Program-made: the position numbers and the translations under genes
Notes under the pieces: generated by a model
Database searches by the model: none
What the model was told of the DNA's origin: nothing
Seen by the model: only the letters and a program-made list of their open reading frames with translations
From: Anaerolineaceae bacterium UBA6073
GTDB lineage: Bacteria > Chloroflexota > Anaerolineae > Anaerolineales > Anaerolineaceae
Length of the DNA: 64,000 nucleotides
Assembly (NCBI GenBank): GCA_002436085.1
Contig: DIXT01000021.1
Span: 685 to 64,684 of the forward strand
Direction: 5' to 3'
Part shown: one piece after another, positions 10,397-20,064 of the stretch
Position numbering within the stretch: the stretch's first letter is position 1
How the letters are laid out: every line of letters starts with the position of its first letter

Positions 10397-10636
10397 GGGA
10401 GATCGCTTCGTGCCTCGCGGTGACGCCCGATTCGTCATTGCGAGCCCCCGCTGCAGGAATATTTCCGGTGCCAAAAATGCGGAAGGGGGTGCGGCAATCT
10501 GCCTGTGTGCCTGACCGGGAGAGCGCTTCGCAGGACCTGTACCCTTCAGGGTATCGCGATGACGGGTGATTCGGCAGGGAGATCGCTTCGTGCCTCACGA
10601 TGACGAGGCGTGCTCTGATCGCGCCGGTCTCCTGAC
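10397..10636. repeat. about 240-bp composite repeat, copy 1 (left flank of the methyltransferase/DUF262 cassette)
   Basis: Near-identical, in the same orientation, to 13439-13676. Runs gggagatcgcttcgtgcctcgcggtgacgcccgattcgtcattgcgagcccccgctgcagg...gatcgcgccggtctcctgac. Confidence 0.9.
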
Positions 10637-10731
10637 TGCGCGCACACTCTGAGGTCGACCAAGGGCCGCGGGTAGGGGTGAAGCAAAGAGGAAGAGGAAC
10701 AGGCGTTTTTTGTTCAGCTTCTCATTCAATG

Positions 10732-11814
10732 TCAGATACCGGCCTTCCTGCGGTTGCAGTCCTTACACAGCATCTGGCAGTTCTCTGGCAGGGTCTTTCC
10801 CCCCAGGTGCCAGGGGGTGATGTGGTCCCCTTCCATCTCGGAGAATTCAAAGTGCAGCCCGCAGCTTCGGCAATTGCCGTTTTGCCTTTCATAAGCTGCT
10901 CTCCTTTGGCTTTCAGAAAAAGAGCGGATATTCAATGTTTTCTCATTGCGGGTCAGCACATAGGCATACACACCCCGCTTGTTGGTAACATCATCATCCA
11001 TCATCAAACTTTTGATTTCCTGTTCCAATTTACCCGTGTCAAACAGCGTATCTTTATATTGGTCATACAGGCCGCCCCAATCCAAGCCCTTCATTTCCCG
11101 GCGGTATACGGGGAAAGTGAGTTCCACCCAGTCAATCACGTTGTGGAAGTACAGCCAGAGTTCATTGGCGTTCGGGTCGTGCTGGTGCGCGCCCATGTAG
11201 GCTTCAATGTTGCCTTTGGATATCCAATCCAGCGCGGTTTCCAGGATTTCCTGGCGGATGGGGGAGCCGTTCACATACTTATTCGCCAGCCCGTATGCCG
11301 CGCAGTTGCTCTTGCTGAAAATGGATTTGGCATGCGTGAGCCAGGGACCGGTGTAGACGGCGTTGCGCATTTCCTGCTCGGTCAGCTTCAGCCCGGCGAT
11401 GTTGATGATGCGGAACCAATCCAGCCTTTCTTTCTCGTCGCCCTCGCAGAAGTAAATCATGAGGGTGTAGTTGAGAATTAGCTCCTGCTCGGGTTTGGTG
11501 AGGTTGTGGAAGGCGCGGTTGTCGATGGAGAAGTCGTTATTGACGTACTGGCAGAAGCTGACGGTGCGCTGCTGTCCGTCCAGCATTTCGTAGCCGCCGT
11601 CAGCGTTGCGCATCCAGTACATCACGTTCAGAGGGAAGCCCTTGCGGATGGTATCCAGCACGGCGTCGCGCTTGGCGGGGTCGTAGACGAACTCGCGCTG
11701 ATACTTGGGGCGGATATTCAACCTGCCGCCGTAGCCGACCACGCCCTCTTCGGCGTTATCCACGTAGCCCTGGACGACCTCGCGGATGCTGATTTCGTGC
11801 AATTTGATAATCAT
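10732..11814 (-). CDS. DUF262 (ParB-like nuclease fold) protein with C-terminal HNH endonuclease domain
   Basis: N-terminal DUF262 hallmark LDGQQR (..YEMLDGQQRTVSF..). C-terminal HNH CRSCG..GDHITPWHLGG..NCQMLCKDCNRRK. ATGA overlap with the upstream methyltransferase gene. Confidence 0.8.
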   Translation of the reverse strand: MIIKLHEISIREVVQGYVDNAEEGVVGYGGRLNIRPKYQREFVYDPAKRDAVLDTIRKGFPLNVMYWMRNADGGYEMLDGQQRTVSFCQYVNNDFSIDNRAFHNLTKPEQELILNYTLMIYFCEGDEKERLDWFRIINIAGLKLTEQEMRNAVYTGPWLTHAKSIFSKSNCAAYGLANKYVNGSPIRQEILETALDWISKGNIEAYMGAHQHDPNANELWLYFHNVIDWVELTFPVYRREMKGLDWGGLYDQYKDTLFDTGKLEQEIKSLMMDDDVTNKRGVYAYVLTRNEKTLNIRSFSESQRRAAYERQNGNCRSCGLHFEFSEMEGDHITPWHLGGKTLPENCQMLCKDCNRRKAGI

Positions 11815-12836
11815 AATTTTCCATCCCTCCGCTTAATCAATATCCGGAAATACGGACATTTGCCATTTATTGATAAATCTTTGTCGTCATCGCCTTTGCG
11901 AAATTTGACAATTTCAAACTGGTCTGGATTATATTTATCAAGAAAGGTAATCGGGACGCCCATTGCTCCATCATAATCGCAGGGGATGTCTGTGTACCTA
12001 TCCACATTGATTGCGTCATAATTATCATAATGGGGGTAGACATCAGGCGTGTATCTCCGGTAGAGTGTGATTTTTTCCTTGTGTTTTTTTACTTCCAGAT
12101 TTGTAAACCAACAAGAGGATGCAACTCTGACAACTTTTCGGCCGTCCTCTACTTTATGATAGATTTCCCAGCTATCAGGAACATAAAAATGCATCCCGAC
12201 ATTAAAGTTTGTATATCCGGTACGGATGCTGTCGTCTTTAAACATACGAAATATTTCTTTATAGGTTAATGAGTTCGTATTACCGATGATAATGAACTTC
12301 TTGTCATACTCCACCAATTGCGCCACGTACTCGCGGAAGAGCGAGAAGGGCGGGTTGGTCACCACGATGTCGGCTTCTTTCAGCAGTTCCACGCACTCCG
12401 CCGAACGGAAGTCGCCGTCGCCCTCCAGGAACGAAAAAACATTCTTGCGGCTCTTCAGCAGGTTTTCCACGTCCGCCAGGTCCACCGCGCCGTCCGCGTT
12501 CTCATCCGGCACTTCCGTGATTTCAATCCGGCAGGCGGGTTTCTCCGCGCTCGGGCGGTTCTTGAGCGTCTGGATTTCAAAGAGCGGCAGCTGCCCGTAT
12601 GCCACCGGCGAATCGGAATAGCTGGTGGCGATGAGCTTTTTCAAGCCCAGGTAATTGAAGTTCATCGCGAAGTACTTGAAAAAATTGCTCTCGTAGGGGT
12701 CGTCGCAGTTGCACAGGACCACCTTGCCGCGGAAGTGCTCCTTGTAGTGGCGCAGTTCCACCTCAATATCCGGCATCTGCGTGTAAAACTCGTCGGCTTT
12801 GTTTCTCTTGGCTTTATCTAATAGTTCTGTCGCCAT
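11811..12836 (-). CDS. N6-adenine DNA methyltransferase (EcoRI-methylase-like family)
   Basis: Motif IV VTNPPFS. N-terminal block ADEFYTQMPDIE..VVLCNCDDPYESNFFKYF and C-terminal GVPITFLDKYNPDQFEI are typical of this family. ATG at 12836 is the probable start. The listed ORF begins at an upstream TTG (12917). Confidence 0.8.
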   Translation of the reverse strand: MATELLDKAKRNKADEFYTQMPDIEVELRHYKEHFRGKVVLCNCDDPYESNFFKYFAMNFNYLGLKKLIATSYSDSPVAYGQLPLFEIQTLKNRPSAEKPACRIEITEVPDENADGAVDLADVENLLKSRKNVFSFLEGDGDFRSAECVELLKEADIVVTNPPFSLFREYVAQLVEYDKKFIIIGNTNSLTYKEIFRMFKDDSIRTGYTNFNVGMHFYVPDSWEIYHKVEDGRKVVRVASSCWFTNLEVKKHKEKITLYRRYTPDVYPHYDNYDAINVDRYTDIPCDYDGAMGVPITFLDKYNPDQFEIVKFRKGDDDKDLSINGKCPYFRILIKRRDGKL

Positions 12837-12913
12837 AACACCCCGTGCTCCTGTCCCGCATCCGTTTTTTATAATGGTTCTATTGTAACCAATTCCCCCG
12901 CTTTTGGTCGAAA

Positions 12914-13174
12914 TCAATCTGGCATCGGATACAAGAAACCCAGCGTCTGTATTTTCGCTTTCTGGATGCTCAGACGTCGTTTAATACTTGCGAACTCAGC
13001 CGCTTGCTTATCTGTAAACACGTTAGGATTAAGACGCCTCAGCCTTCCAAGTGCTGTGTCCCAATCAAACCTAATGCTTACCCTTTCAAGCTCAGACCAA
13101 GGCAAATTTATTGTTTCAATGTCGGACAAAACACCAGATATATATTCAAGATCCCAATCTATTTTTTGTTCCAT
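12914..13174 (-). CDS. small hypothetical protein (86 aa), first gene of the cassette
   Basis: The ATG at 13174 is preceded by AGGAGA about 11 nt upstream. Its stop overlaps the methyltransferase long ORF. AT-rich. No motif recognised. Confidence 0.5.
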   Translation of the reverse strand: MEQKIDWDLEYISGVLSDIETINLPWSELERVSIRFDWDTALGRLRRLNPNVFTDKQAAEFASIKRRLSIQKAKIQTLGFLYPMPD

Positions 13175-13438
13175 TTCAAGGTCGCTCTCCTGGATGAAGT
13201 AATTATATGATCAATAGCATACAATAGGTCGGGCTGCGTTCTCCAACCCGACATTACCCCTCTGATCGCGTGCGATCTGACAAAAGGAAGACCCTTCGCG
13301 AGCTCAGGGTGACAAGCCCAATACTTTCAGGCAGGTCCCACAAGGGGTGCTTCGCTATGCCTCGCCCCCTTCCTGTAACAAATCGGCCTCGTGGATTAAA
13401 TACAACGGGGGCGCGACAACCTGCCTTTAATACCAGCC

Positions 13439-13676
13439 GGGAGACCGCTTCGTGCCTCGCGGTGACGCGCGATTCGTCATTGCGAGCCCCCGCTGCAGGA
13501 ATATTTCCGGTGCCAAAAATGCGGAAGGGGGTGCGGCAATCTGCCTGTGTGCCTGACCGGGAGATCGCTTCGCAGGACCTGTACCCTTCAGGGTATCGCG
13601 ATGACGGGTGATTCGGCAGGGAGTTCGCTTCGTGCCTCGATGACGAGACGTGCTCTGATCGCGCCGGTCTCCTGAC
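13439..13676. repeat. about 240-bp composite repeat, copy 2 (right flank of the cassette)
   Basis: Direct repeat of 10397-10636 with only a handful of substitutions and a 1-nt indel. Confidence 0.9.
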
Positions 13677-13753
13677 CATAAACAGAATGGCTGCTGATTT
13701 ATTATGATATATTTATATACTATTTCCAATTCCTTAGGTTATGGAGGCAATGA

Positions 13754-14698
13754 ATGAGCGCTGTGCTTGAAGTCCACAATCTTGTGAAAAAATACGGCGG
13801 TAAGTCAGCCGTGGACGATATTTCCTTTGACATTCAGGAAGGGGAAATATTCAGCCTGCTGGGTCCGAACGGCGCCGGAAAAACAACCACAATCTCCATC
13901 CTTTCCACGCTGTTCGCGCCCACCGAAGGCGACGCGTCCATCTTCGGATTTTCGGTAACTAAAAATCCGATGGAGGTTAAGCGCTTGATTGGGGTGGTTC
14001 CGCAGGAGATTGCGCTTTACGACGACATGACCGCGCTCGAGAACCTGAATTTCTGGGGCGAGATGTACGGCCTTTCCGGCAGTGCGCTGAAAACCCGCGT
14101 GAAGGAGCTGCTGGAGCAAATTGGGCTGGCAGACCGCGCCAAAGAGCGCATCAAGACCTACAGCGGCGGGATGAAGCGGCGGGTGAACATCGCCGTCGGG
14201 CTGCTGAACAAACCGCGCCTGCTGTTTATGGACGAACCGACCGTCGGCATCGACCCGCAGTCGCGCCGGGCAATCCTCGATTCGGTCAAGTCCCTGAACG
14301 ACGCCGGCATGACCATTCTTTACACCACGCACTACATGGAAGAAGCGCAGGAACTCTCGGACCGGGTCGGGATCATTGACCACGGCAAGCTGATTGCCCT
14401 GGGCACCCAGTCTGAACTGACCGCCCAGGTGGGGGAGATGGACACCCTGATCCTGCACCTCGGTGAAAATGAGGATCCTGAACACCTTGCTCAGGGGCTG
14501 AAAACGCTCAGTGGCGTTTTGCAGGCGGACCCGAGCGACCACAGCGTGGCGCTGGTCACGCCCTCCGCGGAAGAACTGCTGGCGCAGGTGGTTTCCCGCG
14601 CCAACGAGCTGGGGATCAAGATCCATTCAGTGGATATACGCGAACCGAACCTTGAAGCAGTGTTTCTGCACCTGACCGGACGCGCCTTAAGGGATTGA
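13754..14698 (+). CDS. ABC-2 type transporter ATP-binding protein
   Basis: Walker A GPNGAGKTT, signature YSGGMKRR, Walker B LLFMDEPTVGID, H-loop TTHY. Confidence 0.88.
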   Translation: MSAVLEVHNLVKKYGGKSAVDDISFDIQEGEIFSLLGPNGAGKTTTISILSTLFAPTEGDASIFGFSVTKNPMEVKRLIGVVPQEIALYDDMTALENLNFWGEMYGLSGSALKTRVKELLEQIGLADRAKERIKTYSGGMKRRVNIAVGLLNKPRLLFMDEPTVGIDPQSRRAILDSVKSLNDAGMTILYTTHYMEEAQELSDRVGIIDHGKLIALGTQSELTAQVGEMDTLILHLGENEDPEHLAQGLKTLSGVLQADPSDHSVALVTPSAEELLAQVVSRANELGIKIHSVDIREPNLEAVFLHLTGRALRD

Positions 14699-14702
14699 TG
14701 CC

Positions 14703-15953
14703 ATGAACCTGCGCAAATTTTTCCTCATCGCATTTAAAGACCTGCGTTTGATCTTTCGCGATCCAGCCGGCTTGGTCTTTATGCTGCTGGCGCCTTTCGC
14801 GCTCACGCTGGGCATGGGCGCGCTTACCGGCCGCTTCTCCGGTTCCACGCAGCTCGGCATCAGCCAGATACCTGTGGCGATTGTGAACCAGGACAGCGGA
14901 GAATTGGGACAGGCTTTGGAGGACGTTTTTACTTCCAAGGAACTCAGCGAGCTCATTGCCGCGCAAATTTTAGTTGACCCGGCTGAGGCGCGCGCGCTGG
15001 TGGACCAAGACAAACTGGCCGCGGCGATTGTTGTCCCGGACGGCTTTTCCGCGAGTATCTTCACCCCGGAAAGTGGTGGGGATGTGGTTGCGGTGGAGTT
15101 CTATGAAAATCCTACCCGACCGACGTCCACAGGCATCGCGCGCTCCATCCTGGAAAGCTTTTTGAAGCAGGTGGAAGTCGGGCGGGTCTCGGGCACCCTG
15201 ATTATCAAGCAGCTGCTCGCCTCGGGCGCCATCCAAGCGCAGCAGGCAGCCGCGCTGGGCGCGGAAGTGGGGTGGGAGGTGGTTGGGAGCAATTCCGACA
15301 GCGCTTCCATCCTGATTACTTCCAATACCGTGGAAGGCAGCGGAGCGAAATTTGACATTCTGGCATACCTCGCGCCGGGCATGGCGATGCTGTTTCTGAT
15401 GTACACCGTGACCTTCGGCGGGGCTTCACTGCTGGTGGAAAGCCGGGCCGGGACGCTGGCGCGCATGCTAATTTCGCCTACCAACCCGGGTTTTGTGCTG
15501 GGTGGGAAAGGTTTTGGCATTTTTCTCACGGCAGCGGCGCAGCTGATAATTTTAATCGGCGGCACTTCGCTTTTATTCCGGCTTTCGTGGGGGGACGGGC
15601 TGGCTGTCGCGCTGCTGATTCTGGCGGCCGCGTTTGGCGCTTCCGGATGGGGTATTCTGATGGCCTCCGTGCTGAAAACGCCCGGGCAGGTGGCAGTTAC
15701 CGGTTCCGCCATCGCGCTCCTGTTCGGGATCCTGGGCGGCAGCTTTTTTGACATGAGCTTGCTGCCAGAATGGGTGCGCACGGTGGGCAAGATTTCGCCT
15801 AACAGTTGGGCAATTGAGGGCTTCCGCATCCTCAGTATGGGCGGCAGGCTGTCCGCGATCCAACCCCACATAACCGCGCTAATCATCATGGGCGCGCTGC
15901 TCTATGCGCTCGGGACAATTCTGCTCAGCCGGCGCGGGCTGGTACGAAAGTGA
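14703..15953 (+). CDS. ABC-2 family transporter permease
   Basis: 416 aa. N-terminal TM helix, a large extracytoplasmic loop, then a C-terminal 5-6 TM bundle. Operon with the ATPase. Confidence 0.75.
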   Translation: MNLRKFFLIAFKDLRLIFRDPAGLVFMLLAPFALTLGMGALTGRFSGSTQLGISQIPVAIVNQDSGELGQALEDVFTSKELSELIAAQILVDPAEARALVDQDKLAAAIVVPDGFSASIFTPESGGDVVAVEFYENPTRPTSTGIARSILESFLKQVEVGRVSGTLIIKQLLASGAIQAQQAAALGAEVGWEVVGSNSDSASILITSNTVEGSGAKFDILAYLAPGMAMLFLMYTVTFGGASLLVESRAGTLARMLISPTNPGFVLGGKGFGIFLTAAAQLIILIGGTSLLFRLSWGDGLAVALLILAAAFGASGWGILMASVLKTPGQVAVTGSAIALLFGILGGSFFDMSLLPEWVRTVGKISPNSWAIEGFRILSMGGRLSAIQPHITALIIMGALLYALGTILLSRRGLVRK

Positions 15954-17155
15954 GGCGCATGATGAAAAAGCTGCTGGCTATCATCAAAAAAGATACCATT
16001 TTGCGTTTTACCAGTCCGATGGAGTGGATGTTCTTCATTATTTTGCCGTTGGTATTTATCTATCTCATCAGCGGCGGCACCACCCAGACCGGCGACCCCC
16101 GGCTGGTCTTAACTGTCGTGGACCAGGCTAACTCAGCGCTTTCGCAGGCGCTTTTGGACGAGCTGGCGAAGTCCAGCGCGGTAAATCCGGTGCTGACAGA
16201 GTACGACCAAGCTTTGCAGGAATTTGAACAGCTCAAAGTTTCAGCGGTTCTGATTATCCCTTCGGATTTTACGGCGGACGCTTTGACGCTGGAGAGTGCC
16301 TCGCTTGAACTGCGTAAACAGCCCAACACGCTCAACGGTCTCGCAGTGGAGCAAGCCGTACAGCTAGCTGCCAGCCGGATTGCCAGCCTGGCGGACGTGG
16401 CGCGGGTGAGCACCGCGCGCGCGGCGGAATTTCAACCTTTCGCGGACGAAACCGCGCGCCAGGCTTTCTACGACAGCGCTTTTGCGCAAGCCCAAACCAT
16501 GCTCGCGGAGGCGCCCGACAGGCTGCAAAGCGTAGTCGGCAGCACCGCGGACCCAATTGAGTACGATGCCAAAGCCAATTCCACCGCCGGGCAGATGATC
16601 ACCTGGGTCTTCATTCCGCTCATCGGGCTTTCGGGGATGCTGGCGTACGAACGCGCCAACGGCACGCTGCGGCGTTTGCTGGTCACGCCGACCAGCAAGG
16701 CGGCTTTCCTGGGAGGCACGATTCTTGGGCAGGGGCTGACCGCCCTGGTGCAGATGACGATTTTGATTGTGTTTGGGATCCTGGTGATGAAGATGAAGTG
16801 GGGGCAATCGCCGGCCGGTTTGGCGATGGTCATGGTGTCTTTCACGCTGGCGGCTGCCGCCCTGGGCACGATGCTGGGCACTTTTGTTAAGAGCGAATCC
16901 CAGGCAAATGGGCTTTCAGTTTTAATCGGGATGCTGATGGCAATGATGGGCGGATGCTGGTATCCGATTGAACTTTTCCCATCCGCGATCCGCAGCGCGG
17001 CGCAGGTGCTGCCGACTTATTGGGCGATGCAGGGTTTTCTGGATATCGCGGTGCGCGGGCAGGGGCCCGCCGGGGTGCTGCAGGAATGCGCAGTGCTGCT
17101 GGGCTTCGCGCTGCTGTTTTTCTCGGTTGGAATCGCGCGGTTTCGGTATGAGTAG
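15950..17155 (+). CDS. ABC-2 family transporter permease (second subunit)
   Basis: Same architecture as the preceding permease. The GTG at 15950 overlaps the upstream stop. Alternative ATG starts lie at 15959 and 15962. Confidence 0.75.
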   Translation: MRRMMKKLLAIIKKDTILRFTSPMEWMFFIILPLVFIYLISGGTTQTGDPRLVLTVVDQANSALSQALLDELAKSSAVNPVLTEYDQALQEFEQLKVSAVLIIPSDFTADALTLESASLELRKQPNTLNGLAVEQAVQLAASRIASLADVARVSTARAAEFQPFADETARQAFYDSAFAQAQTMLAEAPDRLQSVVGSTADPIEYDAKANSTAGQMITWVFIPLIGLSGMLAYERANGTLRRLLVTPTSKAAFLGGTILGQGLTALVQMTILIVFGILVMKMKWGQSPAGLAMVMVSFTLAAAALGTMLGTFVKSESQANGLSVLIGMLMAMMGGCWYPIELFPSAIRSAAQVLPTYWAMQGFLDIAVRGQGPAGVLQECAVLLGFALLFFSVGIARFRYE

Positions 17156-17180
17156 GGGGGACTGGCACGGAAAGTGTCAG

Positions 17181-17322
17181 TAGGTTGGGTGGAGCGACAG
17201 CGGGTCTTAATTAGCAAATTAATCTGCGGAGCGCAACCCAACAAAAAACGATTGGTAGGTGCGTGAAGTACGCTGGGTAGTGCCGTTGGGTTCCGCTCCT
17301 GTGTCGCTGCACCCAACCTACG
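17181..17322. repeat. 20-bp inverted repeats forming a long hairpin (MITE-like) in a convergent intergenic region
   Basis: gtaggttgggtggagcgaca (17181-17200) versus the reverse complement of tgtcgctgcacccaacctac (17303-17322), matching at 19 of 20 positions. A solo copy of the gattcgtcattgcgagcccccgctgcag module lies inverted at about 17505-17545. Confidence 0.6.
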
Positions 17323-17610
17323 CCCACTATTGAACAATATGCGACCACTATGTGGCAAAGGGTCGTGGCAGTCTGCCCTTAAATCATTCGAGAACCTATG
17401 ACACATAGGTTGTAAAAAGTATTTGAAATAAAGCTGAACTCTCAAGTGTGAGAGCTCTAAAAAAAGGCAGATTGCTGCACCCCCTTCTTGTGTTTCCAGA
17501 TTCCGTGATGGATCTGCAGCGGGGGCTCGCAATGACGAATCGTCAATAGAAGGCAACAAAACGAGGCTCCCATGCGGGAGTCTCGTTTATCAACACAAAA
17601 AGCCAGAACG

Positions 17611-20064
17611 CTATTTCACCGCAATCTGCGTGTACGCCGGCGTGATGGCTCCGTCCAAATCCGCCACCAAAAAGCCCACCAGGTACTGCCCGTCGGGGGC
17701 ATAAACCTGCTCCCAGGAGAACGCGCTTGTGCCAAAGGTGAGCGTATCGCCATCGGTGACGGTCTCGCCGCTTACTTTGCCGGCGCTGTCCAGGTTCAAC
17801 CAACGGTAGGCGATGGTGAACATATCCCCGGCGACCGGCGTAATCTGCGAGGGCTGCTGGGCTGCATCCTCACCCTTGAAGCCGAACACCTGGAAGAGCT
17901 GTCCGTCCTTGAAGTACAGTTCGGCCGTGCGCTGCTCGCCCGTATCGGCAAAGGTATAAGTCCCGCGCACGGCGTAAATCGCCTGTTCCGCACTGGCGCC
18001 GTACGAAACCGGGTTGAACATTGCCAGGGCGGATTGGCTGCCGTCGGTGATGGAGAAGAGCAGCGGCTCAAAGTCGAAGTTCATGCGGAAAGCGCCGCCT
18101 TCCGGCCAGACCGGGTAGTACACGCCGTTGAGCGAGTCCTGTTCGGGGCTCTCCAGGTAGTCGGTATCAGCCACAAAAATGCTATTGGAAGCCTCGTCGT
18201 ACAAGCCGGTAAACAGGTAGATGTAGCCGATGTTCGTGCCGGTGATATCGGCGCTGAGCTTGATAGAGCCGCCGGGTGTGACGCTGGTGGCGGAAGCCTG
18301 GATGGGCGAAACGCTAATCTGCCCGCCGCCGGGGGTGCGCGTGATAGCTGAGGAGGAGGGGGTCACTGCCTCAGCCGCGCTTTCCTTGAAGGAGCGGTTG
18401 CTGTAGTGGAAGACCAGGAAATCATCCCAGAGCGAAGCCCGCGCGAAGCGGTCGGCTACCATGGTGTAGGAGCGCATGCCGGTGGCGGCGTTGCTGTAAA
18501 GCTGGGAGTTCGGGAAGTAAATGGCGATGCCGGTGGCGCCTGGTTTGTTGGGGCCGTGTTTTTCGGCCACCAGCACGGCGTTCAGCGCGTTGATGACGTC
18601 GTTCGCGGATTGGCGAATGGCCGCATCCCCGCCGGATTTCTTATAGACCAACTGGATGAAGTGCCCCAGGTCAATGTACGAAGGCGGCACCTGGCTGCCA
18701 AAGATGCTGGTAAAGGACTGCGCGTAGCTGCGCGCGCTGGCTACCACCTGCTGGTTGAGGGACTGCATGTCGTAAACCAGACTGTTGAAAGCCTGGTTCA
18801 GCGCGGGCAGATTATCCAGGTTTACCGCCGTGAGGGTCACATTCTGTTCAAGCTGGCTGGCGAGCTGCTCAGCGCTCATGCGGTGGCTTGAGAAGAAACC
18901 GCCTGAGCTGGAGTTCTGCGCCAAAAAGTCATTGCGCGCCTGGTCGTCTGTCACACGTTCATCCTGCTGGATGTAGGTCTCCACGATGTTGGTCGCCAGG
19001 TCGGCGGTATCAATTCCGGGGTTGTCAATCAACAGGCTGATGAACGCGGAATACGCCCAACCCAGTCCGGGTTCCGTCTCTTCGGAAGCCACGGCGTAAT
19101 GCGCGTAGGGCTGCAGGGAAGTAAAGACTTCCAACTGGCTCATCAGGCAGGCGTCCATGCCGATCAGGTCAAACTTCTCGATGCCGGTATTCGCCTGAAT
19201 TTGAGCCAGCGCCTGGTCAAGCTCGTTCAGGTAGATGGAATCTTGCTGGAGGGCGCTAATGATTGGCGCGCTGCCCTGGTCAGGGGTGGCAGGCGCAGGG
19301 TCGCTCCAGCCGCCCGGCCAGCCCATGCCGTGGTCGGACATAATCAGCATGTAGCGGTCCGCCGGATAGTTCTGGACAGTCCAGGTCACAAAATCCACCA
19401 GGGTGCTGCCGTCCGCCATGTCTGCTTCGCCCAGGTCCATCAACAGGTCTGAGCTGATGGTGTAAAGGTCGTCGTCATAAAGCACCAGATAGCGCCTGGC
19501 GGAGACCCAGTTGTCCGTTCCCGAAAAGCCGCCCTTGAAGCGGTCCAACTGGGTGATGATACGCACGTTATCGGTGGAACCGATGCGTTCCATCTCGTTC
19601 ATATCGATGAAAATGTCCTGCTCAAGCGCCTGGTCGTCGGCGTCCTGGTAGACCATCACGGTCCAGGTGTCTCCGGAGGCGTTAGTTGCGCGCGGGGTGC
19701 GCGTGGCGGGCAGGGCGGTTGGCTGCTGGAAAGCTGCCTGGGGTTCCTCGGTAGGATATTCATAGCCCGGCTCGGTGATTTGGCTGCCGCTGCCGCGGAA
19801 AAAGAGAAAATAAACAATCATCGCGATGATAAATAGACCGACCGAGCCGCAGCCCGTCTTGCCGCCGCTTGTGCGCAGGATGTTAGCGCCGGGAATTCCA
19901 GTGCCGCCGGAATATCCACCAGTTCCGGCGGATGATGCGCCGCCCCCGCTTGGGTAAGAACTGCCGCTGCCTGGGCGGGTGGGGGCTTGCGCCTGGGTGG
20001 TGGGTTTCGCGCCTTTACGCCGGCGCTGGACATTGACCTCAGGATTGTTATCTGCCATTTTCAC
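17611..20064 (-). CDS. clostripain-like cysteine peptidase (family C11), membrane-anchored
   Basis: His/Cys dyad contexts YMLIMSDHGMGWPGG and DLIGMDACLMSQLE. Gly/Ser-rich N-terminus followed by a TM helix (VGLFIIAMIVYFLFF). 817 aa. Confidence 0.75.
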   Translation of the reverse strand: MKMADNNPEVNVQRRRKGAKPTTQAQAPTRPGSGSSYPSGGGASSAGTGGYSGGTGIPGANILRTSGGKTGCGSVGLFIIAMIVYFLFFRGSGSQITEPGYEYPTEEPQAAFQQPTALPATRTPRATNASGDTWTVMVYQDADDQALEQDIFIDMNEMERIGSTDNVRIITQLDRFKGGFSGTDNWVSARRYLVLYDDDLYTISSDLLMDLGEADMADGSTLVDFVTWTVQNYPADRYMLIMSDHGMGWPGGWSDPAPATPDQGSAPIISALQQDSIYLNELDQALAQIQANTGIEKFDLIGMDACLMSQLEVFTSLQPYAHYAVASEETEPGLGWAYSAFISLLIDNPGIDTADLATNIVETYIQQDERVTDDQARNDFLAQNSSSGGFFSSHRMSAEQLASQLEQNVTLTAVNLDNLPALNQAFNSLVYDMQSLNQQVVASARSYAQSFTSIFGSQVPPSYIDLGHFIQLVYKKSGGDAAIRQSANDVINALNAVLVAEKHGPNKPGATGIAIYFPNSQLYSNAATGMRSYTMVADRFARASLWDDFLVFHYSNRSFKESAAEAVTPSSSAITRTPGGGQISVSPIQASATSVTPGGSIKLSADITGTNIGYIYLFTGLYDEASNSIFVADTDYLESPEQDSLNGVYYPVWPEGGAFRMNFDFEPLLFSITDGSQSALAMFNPVSYGASAEQAIYAVRGTYTFADTGEQRTAELYFKDGQLFQVFGFKGEDAAQQPSQITPVAGDMFTIAYRWLNLDSAGKVSGETVTDGDTLTFGTSAFSWEQVYAPDGQYLVGFLVADLDGAITPAYTQIAVK

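Noticed and set aside
9838-10680. Possible CRISPR array suggested by regularly repeated GC-rich units
   Set aside because: The period is about 113 bp, whole units (not repeat and spacer) are repeated, there are no unique spacers of uniform length, no cas genes are nearby, and the same modules occur dispersed elsewhere in the window.
10678-11481. 267-aa plus-strand ORF overlapping the DUF262-HNH gene
   Set aside because: The opposite strand encodes DGQQR and HNH motifs. This frame starts inside a repeat element and has no recognisable features.
17572-18351. 259-aa plus-strand ORF inside the C11 peptidase gene
   Set aside because: It is antisense to a gene with His/Cys dyad motifs, and its composition is typical of GC-rich shadow frames.
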